NCBI GenBank assembly: GCA_963791595.1
Contig: CAWBTF010000014.1
Coordinates: 455,417 to 519,416 of the forward strand
Direction: 5' to 3'
DNA length: 64,000 bases
From: an uncultured beta proteobacterium
GTDB lineage: Bacteria; Pseudomonadota; Gammaproteobacteria; Burkholderiales; Burkholderiaceae_C
This document shows positions 30,158 to 38,043 of the stretch, piece after piece (position 1 is the first letter of the stretch; every line of letters starts with the position of its first letter). The translations under genes and the position numbers were made by a program. The notes under the pieces were generated by a model. That model saw only the letters and a program-made list of their open reading frames with translations, had not been told where the DNA came from and did no database searches.

Positions 30158-30233
30158 TGCGGTGTAGTCGAGTGGCCTCAGACACCAGCCTTTGAAGCTG
30201 GGGACGTTGGTTCAAATCCAACCGCCGCTGCCA
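30158..30233 (+). tRNA. tRNA-Gln (anticodon TTG); U1-U72 mismatch at the top of the acceptor stem and a 3-bp D-stem
   Basis: anticodon arm CCAGC-CTTTGAA-GCTGG; T-arm GTTGG-TTCAAAT-CCAAC; CCA. Confidence 0.65.
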
Positions 30234-30274
30234 TCTACAGACCAAGGGACCGGCTTCAGAAAGGAGGCCACGCC

Positions 30275-30850
30275 ATGCACCATCGACAAAGTGGTCACGT
30301 CCTGCAGCTCGACATCCAGGGCACGCCGCAGGCGTGGATCTCGCTCGAGCACGCGGCCGTGCATGTGGCCACGCACTCGGTGGCGTGGGTCGATGGCGAT
30401 GGGCCATTGGCCACGCTGCGCGGCGGCTTCAATGTCGCGCACGGCCGGCAGTCTTGCATCGACGTGCACCCGATCATGGCGCTGCACGGTGCGTCGAAGG
30501 TCAACCTGTTCGACGTGGCTCCGGCGTTCAGCAAGGCCAAGCTGTTCCGGCGCGACCGGATGACTTGCGCGTACTGCGGCCAGCGCTTTCCCGAGCGCGA
30601 TCTGCAATGCGAACACATCGTGCCGCAGTCGCGCGGCGGGCGCTGGAGCTGGATGAACCTGGTGACGGCGTGCGCGCTGTGCAACGGCCGCAAGGCCGAC
30701 CGCACGCCGGAGCAGGCGCGCATGCCGCTGCTGTACCTGCCGTATGTGCCGAGCCGGTTTGAAGACTTTCTGCTCGAAGGCCGGAACATCCGCGCCGACG
30801 TGCATGACTGGCTGGCCGCGCGCCTGCCGAAGGGATCGCGCCTGAGTTGA
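30275..30850 (+). CDS. HNH endonuclease with an ~100-aa N-terminal domain of unknown function
   Basis: HNH zinc-finger motifs CAYCG…CEHIVPQSRGG…NLVTACALCNGRK; strong SD AAAGGAGG 8 nt before the ATG; 41 nt downstream of the last tRNA. Confidence 0.85.
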   Translation: MHHRQSGHVLQLDIQGTPQAWISLEHAAVHVATHSVAWVDGDGPLATLRGGFNVAHGRQSCIDVHPIMALHGASKVNLFDVAPAFSKAKLFRRDRMTCAYCGQRFPERDLQCEHIVPQSRGGRWSWMNLVTACALCNGRKADRTPEQARMPLLYLPYVPSRFEDFLLEGRNIRADVHDWLAARLPKGSRLS

Positions 30851-31009
30851 TTCATTCAATTCGGGCGCCAACGAGTCTGCTGCGAAAAGCGAACGCTCAC
30901 AGGTCAGGGGTTCGGGCCGAGTTCAAGACAAGGCCCGCCCCGCCGGTGTGCGGCACCCGGCTTCGGCCGTGGGTGCTGCACATGCCGCGCCGCTGGAAAC
31001 AGCCGATGC

Positions 31010-31066
31010 GGGCCGTCAATGGATTGCACCGCGAGGTGCCGGGTTCGATCCCCGGATGGCCCTCCA
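31010..31066 (+). ncRNA. 57-nt tRNA-like minihelix: a 7-bp acceptor stem (GGGCCGU/AUGGCCC), a GCACC-GCGA-GGUGC tetraloop hairpin, a canonical T-arm (CCGGG-TTCGATC-CCCGG), discriminator U and CCA; no D-arm or anticodon arm
   Basis: hand folding; either an internally deleted tRNA remnant or a tRNA-like domain of a larger ncRNA. Confidence 0.4.
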
Positions 31067-31140
31067 CTGGATAGCTCAGATGGGTAGAGCAACGACCTGA
31101 TAAGTCGTGTGTCGCGGGTTCGACTCCCGCTCCAAAGCAC
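31065..31140 (+). pseudogene. tRNA-Ile(GAT)-like pseudogene: intact D-arm, anticodon arm (ACGAC-CTGATAA-GTCGT) and T-arm, but the acceptor-stem strands (CACTGGA vs TCCAAAG) do not pair; a tRNA-Cys-like anticodon hairpin (CTGGA-CTGCAAA-TCCAG) follows at about 31146-31162
   Basis: hand folding of the sequence between the HNH gene and the SPFH gene. Confidence 0.45.
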
Positions 31141-31432
31141 TGGACTGCAAATCCAGCTATTCGAACGGTCGAAAGACCACCGCCGAACGCGTGCAGGGGG
31201 TGGGTCGCACCCAGGGCAGGTTCGCTTGCCCGAGGTGCGCGAAGCCCACCGCACGTCAGCCCTGGCGGCCCGGCATGGAACCCGCCCGGCCCGCGCCCAC
31301 GGCCAGCCGAAGTTGCGTCTCCAAGACGCGACCGACGCGCACCGTGACGCCCGGTCCACGGCACTCCGTGCCCACCGCCACCGCTGTAACGGCACCCTTT
31401 TCAAACGACGCATGACCACAAGGAGAACGATC

Positions 31433-32569
31433 ATGCAATTCAAGCGAGTCACTGTGAAGAAGTACGAGCGCGGCGTGTTGCTGCGCAATGGCGACTTCGA
31501 GCGCGTGTTGCAACCCGGCACGCACTGGCTGTTCGCGGCCATCGACCAGCTGCGCGTCGAGACCTTCGCGCTCGAACAGCCGGCGTTCACGCATGGCCTC
31601 ACCGACTACCTGATGGCCAAGGAGCCCGAGGTCGTCGCGGCCGAGTTCGTTCGCGTGGAGTTGAGCGAAACCCAGGTCGGCCTGCGCACCGAGAACGGCG
31701 TGCTCGTCGAGGTGCTGGCCCCCGCGACGCGGCGCCTGTACTGGAAGGGCCAGGTCGACGTGCGCGTGGATGTCATCGACATCGCCGCGACGGCCGAAGT
31801 GCCTGCCGCGGTGGTGGCACGCCTGGTGCAGACGCAACTGCGGCAACGCGCGGTTGCCGGCCTGGCCGGTGTGCTGCAAGTGCAGGTTCCCGAGCATGGC
31901 GCGGGCGTGTTGTGGGTCGACGGCAAGGTTCAGCAGTTGCTCGGCCCCGGCTCGTACGCGTTCTGGAAGTTCAACCGCAATGTCGCGGTGGAAGCCGTCG
32001 ACCTGCGCTTGCAGGCGCTCGAAGTCACCGGCCAGGAAATCCTGACGAGCGACAAGGTGAGCCTGCGGTTGAACCTGTCGGCGACCTGGCGCTACACCGA
32101 TGTGCTGAAGGCCTTCACGCAACTGCAAAAGCCCGCGGAACACCTGTACCGCGAGCTGCAGTTCGGCCTGCGCTCGGCGGTCGGGACACGCTCGCTGGAC
32201 GAGTTGTTGGAGAACAAGACGGTGATCGACGAAGTCGTCACCGCTCAAGTGAAGGCCAAGCTCTCGGGCTATGGCCTGCAACTCGACGGCGTGGGCGTGA
32301 AGGACATTGTGTTGCCCGGCGAGATGAAGACGATCCTGGCGCAAGTGGTCGAGGCGGAGAAGGCGGCGCAAGCCAACGTGATCCGCCGGCGCGAGGAAAC
32401 CGCGGCCACGCGTTCCCTGCTCAACACGGCCAAGGTGATGGAGGGCAACCCCGTCGCTCTGCGCATGAAGGAGCTGGAGACGCTGGAACGCGTGGCCGAG
32501 CGCATCGACAAGATCTCCGTGTTCGGGGGTCTGGACCAGGTGCTCAACGGGCTGGTGAAGCTGCAGTAA
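31433..32569 (+). CDS. SPFH/band-7 (stomatin/prohibitin/flotillin/HflKC) domain protein
   Basis: 378 aa; RBS AAGGAG upstream of the ATG at 31433; N-terminal hydrophobic segment and a long coiled-coil C-terminus typical of SPFH proteins. Confidence 0.75.
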   Translation: MQFKRVTVKKYERGVLLRNGDFERVLQPGTHWLFAAIDQLRVETFALEQPAFTHGLTDYLMAKEPEVVAAEFVRVELSETQVGLRTENGVLVEVLAPATRRLYWKGQVDVRVDVIDIAATAEVPAAVVARLVQTQLRQRAVAGLAGVLQVQVPEHGAGVLWVDGKVQQLLGPGSYAFWKFNRNVAVEAVDLRLQALEVTGQEILTSDKVSLRLNLSATWRYTDVLKAFTQLQKPAEHLYRELQFGLRSAVGTRSLDELLENKTVIDEVVTAQVKAKLSGYGLQLDGVGVKDIVLPGEMKTILAQVVEAEKAAQANVIRRREETAATRSLLNTAKVMEGNPVALRMKELETLERVAERIDKISVFGGLDQVLNGLVKLQ

Positions 32570-32687
32570 TGGCCCACCCCCGAAGCGGCTTACGCCGCTC
32601 CCCCTCAAGGGGGCAAACACCAGCGGACCGGCAAAGCCGGATCCGCGGTGTTCGCTTGAAATGTCATGCATCATGGAGTGAGAAATC

Positions 32688-33914
32688 ATGGAAACGAACT
32701 ACATTGAAGAAGCCGTTCCCGGCGGCGTGCCGGTGAAGATGTGGACGCGCGGCGTTCCCATCGAAGACGAGGCGAAGCGCCAACTCACGAATGCGGCGCG
32801 CCTGCCGATCGTGTTCAAGCACATCGCGGCGATGCCCGACGTTCACTTCGGCATCGGCGCGACCGTCGGCTCGGTGATCCCCACGCTGCGCGCCATCATT
32901 CCGGCCGCGGTGGGCGTGGACATCGGCTGCGGCATGATGGCCGCGAAGACGACGCTGACGGCGGACGACCTGCCCGACAACCTGGGCCCGCTGCGCGCGG
33001 CAATCGAGCGCGCCGTGCCGCACGGCCGAGCGCCGGGCTCGCGCGATCCGGGTGCGTGGGGGAACTCACATAAGGCGCCCGGCTCGGTGAACACGGCATG
33101 GGCGCAGCTCGAACCCGAGTTCACCGAGCTGTGCCGCGACTTCCCCAAGCTCGCGAAGACGAACCACATCCAGCACCTGGGAACGCTGGGCAGCGGCAAC
33201 CATTTCATCGAGGTGTGCCTGGACGAGGAAGGCTTCGTCTGGTTCATGCTGCACTCGGGCTCGCGCGGCGTGGGCAACGCGATCGGCACGATGTTCATCG
33301 AGCTCGCCAAGCAGGATGCGCTGCGCAACAACATGAACCTGCCCGACCGCGACCTCGCGTACTTCGAGGAAGGCGCGCGCTACTTCGGCGACTACGTGCG
33401 CGCGGTCGGCTGGGCGCAGCGCTTCGCGGCGATCAACCGCGAAACGATGATGAAGCGCGTGATCGACGCGGCGAAGACCGTGATCGCGAAGAGCTTTCAA
33501 AGCCACATCGAAGCGGTGAACTGCCACCACAACTACGTGCAGAAGGAGACGCACTTCGGAGAAGACGTGTACGTCACGCGCAAGGGCGCGGTGAGCGCGA
33601 AGGCCGGGCAGCTGGGAATCATTCCCGGCAGCATGGGCGCGCGCAGCTACATCGTGCGCGGCAAGGGCAACGCGGACAGCTTCGAGAGCTGCTCGCACGG
33701 CGCAGGCCGCGTGATGAGCCGCGGTGAAGCGAAGCGTCGCTTCACCCTGGCCGACCACCGCGCCGCGACGGAAGGCGTGGAGTGCCGCAAGGACAAGGAC
33801 GTGATCGACGAAACGCCCGCCGCGTACAAGGACATCGACGCGGTGATGCAGGCGCAGCGCGACCTGGTCGACGTGGTGCACACCTTGAAGCAGGTGGTGT
33901 GTGTGAAGGGATAG
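32688..33914 (+). CDS. rtcB: RNA-splicing ligase RtcB (3'-phosphate/5'-hydroxyl RNA ligase), 408 aa, closely E. coli-like; no adjacent rtcA or rtcR
   Basis: METNYIEEAVPGGVPVKMWTRGVPIEDEAKRQL…MPDVHFGIGATVGSVIPT…CSHGAGR conserved metal- and GMP-binding motifs. Confidence 0.92.
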   Translation: METNYIEEAVPGGVPVKMWTRGVPIEDEAKRQLTNAARLPIVFKHIAAMPDVHFGIGATVGSVIPTLRAIIPAAVGVDIGCGMMAAKTTLTADDLPDNLGPLRAAIERAVPHGRAPGSRDPGAWGNSHKAPGSVNTAWAQLEPEFTELCRDFPKLAKTNHIQHLGTLGSGNHFIEVCLDEEGFVWFMLHSGSRGVGNAIGTMFIELAKQDALRNNMNLPDRDLAYFEEGARYFGDYVRAVGWAQRFAAINRETMMKRVIDAAKTVIAKSFQSHIEAVNCHHNYVQKETHFGEDVYVTRKGAVSAKAGQLGIIPGSMGARSYIVRGKGNADSFESCSHGAGRVMSRGEAKRRFTLADHRAATEGVECRKDKDVIDETPAAYKDIDAVMQAQRDLVDVVHTLKQVVCVKG

Positions 33915-33997
33915 CTTCGCCCAGACTCGGGCCCGTTGTGTTTGCAGCGGGCCCGTTTTTCTGGGGAGTCCGCCGTCGTTCACCCGGCGACCGTCGC

Positions 33998-36052
33998 TCA
34001 CGCCGACGTTGCTGCCGCCACCTCTACCCGCGCCTCGAACGTCGATTGACCTGCTGAAAAAGCGAATGCATCGACAGCGCAGTCGGGCAGCACGGGCGCG
34101 GCCTCGGTCAGCGTGTTGAGCTGTGGCCAGCCGTCGCGCAGCCACAGCGTGCCGGCGGGAATACGCTCGGTCACATGGGCACGGCCGTGCAGTTCGCCGC
34201 GTTGATTGAAGACGCGGATCGGCGCGCCGTCGATGACGCCACGTGCCTTCGCGTCCGCCGGCGCGACCCACACGTTCGGCTCGGCTTCGCGCCGCGCGAG
34301 CGTCGGCAGTTCGCGGCCGTTGTTGTAGAAGCCGTGGAAGTGGGTGAGCGTGCGGCCTTGGGTCAGCACGAGTGGATGAAGGGCGTTGTCGTCAGCCGGC
34401 ACCGGTGCATCGAATGTCGGCAGTGCAGGCAGCCCGAGATCGCGTGCCTTCGTGGACACGAATTCGAGCTTGCGCGACGCGGTATCGAACTGCAGCGTCG
34501 GGTAGGCGACGTGTGACACGTTCATCGGCACAAAGCCGCCGGCGGCGCGCAGTGAAGCGACCGTGGCGCGGCCGGTACACGGGTGGTCGAGCACCGTATT
34601 CACCATCGCTTCTTCATCGGCCCAGGGGTGAAAGTCCTTCAAGCCGAGCTGCTGCGCGAGTTCGGTCAACACGCGGTACATCGACCGCGTCTGGCCCGGT
34701 GGCGCAAGCGCCGGTTCCATCAGGTAGAGATGCGTGTGCGTCGCCTTGCAGCCGAGTTCTTCGAGCCACGCCGTGCCGGGCAGCACCAGGTCGGCGAACT
34801 GCTGCGCGGTGTGATTCAGGAACAGGTCGTGGCTGACGATCAGCTCGGTGCGCTGCAAGCCTTGCGCCGCGGCGGCTGCATCGGGAAATGACGACAGCAT
34901 GTTCGAGCCCATCTGGAACAGCGTGCGCACGCGGCCTTCGCGCAGTTTCGCCACCACGTCGGACATCTGGTTCGGCCAGGCGCTGCCGCTCGCGCGGCGT
35001 TCCGGCGCAATGATGCTGCCCAAGCCCCGCCCATGCGCCGCGCTGCCGTGGCGCGGGCCGAAGCCGCTGCCGGGGATGCCGAGGTTGCCGGTGAGGCCCG
35101 GCAGGCACGCAATCGCGCGGCTCGCTTGCCAGCCGTTCGCGCCCTTGTGCATCGAGCTGCCGCCGAGCACGATCATCGCGGGTTTCGTTACCGCGTAGCG
35201 CCGCGCCAGCTCGACGATGCGCATCGCAGCGATGCCGGTCACGCCTTCGGCCCAGGCTGGCGAAAACGGCTTCACATGCTCGGCGAGTGCCTCGAAACCG
35301 AGCGTGTGCTGCGCAACGAACGCCGCGTCGTGCAGCTGCTCGGCGCAGATCACGTGGGCCAGTGCGAGGGCAAGCGCCGTATCGGTGCCGGGGCGAATCA
35401 GCAACACGTCGTCCGACTTGGCGGCGGCTTCGGTGTGGCGCACGTCGATCGTCACGACGTGGGCGCCACGTTTCTTTGCGGCGAGCAGATGCCGCGCCGT
35501 GTTCGGTTGGCTCGCGAGGTTCGCCGCCCACAAGACGATGAGCTTTGAGTGCTCGCCCATGTCTTCCTTCGTGTTCGTCTCGAGCACGCCGGTGAGCGCG
35601 AGGCCGAACGCGCCCAGCCCCCAGCAGATCATCGTCGGGTTCCAGAACTGGCTGCCGTGGATGTTGGCAAAGCGCGCCATCAGTTGCGGCCCGATGCGCG
35701 TGCCGTAGCTCGTCGTGAAGATGCCGTGGCCGGGCCAGAACGCGGTGGCTTGCGACGGAGCGCTTTGCATCGACGCGACGATGCGTTGATACGCCTCGTC
35801 CCAACTCGCACGCCGAAACGGCTCGCTGCGCCGATCGCGAATCAGTGGGTGCAGCAGCCGCGCCGGGTTGCCGATGATCTCGCGCGAGGCCTGGCCGCGG
35901 ATGCACAGGAACCCACGGCTGTCGGGGTTGTCGGGGTCGCCTTTCACGCCGAGCAATTCGCCGCCCCGCACCTCGGCCAGCATGCCGCACAGCGTGGGGT
36001 GGCAGTTCATCGGGCACATCGTGCGCACAGTTTGGGTTTGCAATTCGCTCAT
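33998..36052 (-). CDS. molybdopterin-dependent oxidoreductase (MopB superfamily, formate dehydrogenase / assimilatory nitrate reductase-like catalytic subunit)
   Basis: N-terminal 4Fe-4S motif CPMNCHPTLCG…C; 684 aa. Confidence 0.8.
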   Translation of the reverse strand: MSELQTQTVRTMCPMNCHPTLCGMLAEVRGGELLGVKGDPDNPDSRGFLCIRGQASREIIGNPARLLHPLIRDRRSEPFRRASWDEAYQRIVASMQSAPSQATAFWPGHGIFTTSYGTRIGPQLMARFANIHGSQFWNPTMICWGLGAFGLALTGVLETNTKEDMGEHSKLIVLWAANLASQPNTARHLLAAKKRGAHVVTIDVRHTEAAAKSDDVLLIRPGTDTALALALAHVICAEQLHDAAFVAQHTLGFEALAEHVKPFSPAWAEGVTGIAAMRIVELARRYAVTKPAMIVLGGSSMHKGANGWQASRAIACLPGLTGNLGIPGSGFGPRHGSAAHGRGLGSIIAPERRASGSAWPNQMSDVVAKLREGRVRTLFQMGSNMLSSFPDAAAAAQGLQRTELIVSHDLFLNHTAQQFADLVLPGTAWLEELGCKATHTHLYLMEPALAPPGQTRSMYRVLTELAQQLGLKDFHPWADEEAMVNTVLDHPCTGRATVASLRAAGGFVPMNVSHVAYPTLQFDTASRKLEFVSTKARDLGLPALPTFDAPVPADDNALHPLVLTQGRTLTHFHGFYNNGRELPTLARREAEPNVWVAPADAKARGVIDGAPIRVFNQRGELHGRAHVTERIPAGTLWLRDGWPQLNTLTEAAPVLPDCAVDAFAFSAGQSTFEARVEVAAATSA

Positions 36053-36573
36053 CGCGATTGCTCCGTCGCCGGGTGCCGGTAGAGCAAGCAGGGTTGCTCC
36101 ATGAATTCGATCGTCTCGCCGAGCGTGGCGCCCAGGCGCTGCGCAAGCGCGATCGAGCGCTGGTTGTCGGGGCGGATCAGGCTGATGAGTTCAGTGAGGC
36201 CGAGCGCGTCGCGCCCGTAGTCGCGCGCGGCGCGCGCCGCTTCCGTCGCATAGCCCTTGCCCCAGGCGTCGCGCGCGAGCAGCCAGCCGAGTTCGCAGCC
36301 TGGCCAGCCGGGCGGGTCCAGAAACCCGACGCGCCCCACGAGCCGCGCGCCGGAGCGCTCTTCCAACGCCCACATGCCGTGGCCATGCAAACTCCACGAG
36401 CCCAGAAACAACGCCATGTGGCGCCACGCCACATCAACACCCACCGGGCCGCCGGCGCCGATGTAGCGCATGACTTCTTCGTCCGCGCACATCGCAGCGT
36501 AGGCATCGAGATCGGACTCGCGAAACGCCCGCAACCTCAGGCGGGCCGTGGCGAGCGACGGGATCATGTTCAT
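36049..36573 (-). CDS. GNAT-family N-acetyltransferase (RimJ/RimL-like)
   Basis: …ARLRLRAFRESDLDAYAAM… and the acetyl-CoA-binding region; start at MNMIPS. Confidence 0.75.
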   Translation of the reverse strand: MNMIPSLATARLRLRAFRESDLDAYAAMCADEEVMRYIGAGGPVGVDVAWRHMALFLGSWSLHGHGMWALEERSGARLVGRVGFLDPPGWPGCELGWLLARDAWGKGYATEAARAARDYGRDALGLTELISLIRPDNQRSIALAQRLGATLGETIEFMEQPCLLYRHPATEQSR

Positions 36574-36725
36574 CGGTGGCAGGCCCCGGCGGAAGTCAGG
36601 ACGCCTAGCGTACGCCATTCACTGCACCACCGGCTGATGGGGCTCGGGTGAGCGCACAGGCGTGGACACGGCATGCCTGCCTACAATGATTCGGCTCGGG
36701 CGCGTGCCCGGTTCATGGAGCTGCA

Positions 36726-37938
36726 ATGGCGTCGAAGCATCACACTGGGTTCGGTTCGGGTTCGAAGATCGTCGCTGCGTGCGTCGCCCTGTCGACGGTC
36801 GCACTCGCACCCTTCGCCCACGCCGCCGACAAGGTCAAGGTCGGCTTCGTCAGCACGCTGTCCGGCCCGTCTTCGGCGCTCGGCATCGACATTCGCGACG
36901 GCTTTGCGCTCGCGGTCAAGCTGAATGGCGGCAAGCTCGGTGGCTTGCCGGCGGAGGTGATCGTCAGCGACGACCAGTTCAAGCCAGACGTGGCGCGTCA
37001 ACTGTTCGAGCGCAACGTGAAGCGCGACAAGGTCGACTTCATGACCGGCGTGGTGTTCTCCAACATCATGCTCGCCGCGCTGCCCGAGGCGCTGGACAAC
37101 AAGGTCATCTACATCAGCCCGAACGCCGCTCCTTCTTCGATGGCGGGCAAGGACTGCAACCCGCTGTTCTTCGCCGTGTCGTGGCCGAACGATGCGTACC
37201 ACGAGGCGGCGGGCGAGTTCGCGAACCAGCGCGAACTGAAGAACGCGTACCTGCTCGCGCCCAACTACCAAGCCGGCAAGGATTCGCTCGCCGGGTTCAA
37301 GCGCACCTTCAAGGGCGCGATCGTCGGCGAGAACTACACCAAGCTCGGCCAGCTCGACTACGCCGCCGAGCTCGCCGAAATCCGCGCCGCGAAGCCGCAG
37401 GCACTCTACATCTTCCTGCCCGGCGGCATGGGCATCAACTTCATCAAGCAGTTCGTCGGCGCGGGCCTCGGCAAGGACATCCAGCTCGTGCTGCCGGGCT
37501 TTTCGGCCGACCAGGACATCATCACGCCGGTGGGCGCGCCGATGGCAGGCCTGTTCAACACGGCGCACTGGTCGCCCGACTTCACGAACGCGGCGAACCA
37601 GAAGTTCATGGCCGAGTTCCAGAAGGAATACAAGCGCGTGCCGTCGGTGTTCGCGTCGCAGGGCTACGACGCGGCGCTGCTCATCAACGCCGCGGTGCGC
37701 GACGTGAAAGGCAAGATCGAAGACCAGGAAGCGGTGCGCAAGGCGCTGCGCGCGGCGAAGTTCGATTCGGTGCGCGGTGCGTTCAAGTTCAACACGAACC
37801 AGTACCCGATCCAGAACTATTACGTGCGCACGGTGGGCAGCGATGGCAAGGGCGGCCTGATCAACAAGTCGCTCGGCGAGCCGATTCTGAAGAACCATGG
37901 CGACGCTTACGTCGCGGCAATGCAGCATGCCGAAGTGA
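36726..37938 (+). CDS. livK: branched-chain amino-acid ABC transporter substrate-binding protein (LivJ/LivK-like); the native C-terminus (…GDAYVA-QCSMPK*) is reached only after a 1-nt frame correction near 37908; as printed, the ORF reads through to 39020
   Basis: signal peptide; type I PBP motifs; conserved C-terminal GDAYV…QC(K/S)M tail found in the +1 frame, ending at the TGA at 37936-37938. Confidence 0.75.
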
Positions 37939-37943
37939 GGTTT

Positions 37944-38023
37944 GTCATCCCGGCGAAAGCCGGGATCCACCGCCCAGAGTCGCGCATCGGCCCAAGGTGG
38001 ATCCCGGCCTGCGCCGGGATGAC
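37944..38023. repeat. pair of REP-like palindromic elements in inverted orientation (BIME-like): GTCATCCCGGCGAAAGCCGGGATCCACC … GGTGGATCCCGGCCTGCGCCGGGATGAC
   Basis: mutually reverse-complementary; third copy at 49314-49342; translated by the run-on ORF as …VIPAKAGIH…. Confidence 0.8.
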
Positions 38024-38043
38024 GAGTCTTGGGGCAGATCGCC

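Noticed and set aside
30890-31066. Group I intron-containing tRNA (as in Azoarcus tRNA-Ile) to explain the split tRNA-like pieces
   Set aside because: The distance between any candidate 5' exon and the 3' T-arm/acceptor piece is under 120 nt, too short for a group I intron, and no P7/G-binding-site motifs are visible.
32570-32688. sigma54 (RtcR-type) promoter upstream of rtcB
   Set aside because: GG-N10-GC spacing is not satisfied by the candidate GGTGTTCGCTTGA; only a GC hairpin (CCCCCTCAAGGGGG) without a U-tract is present.
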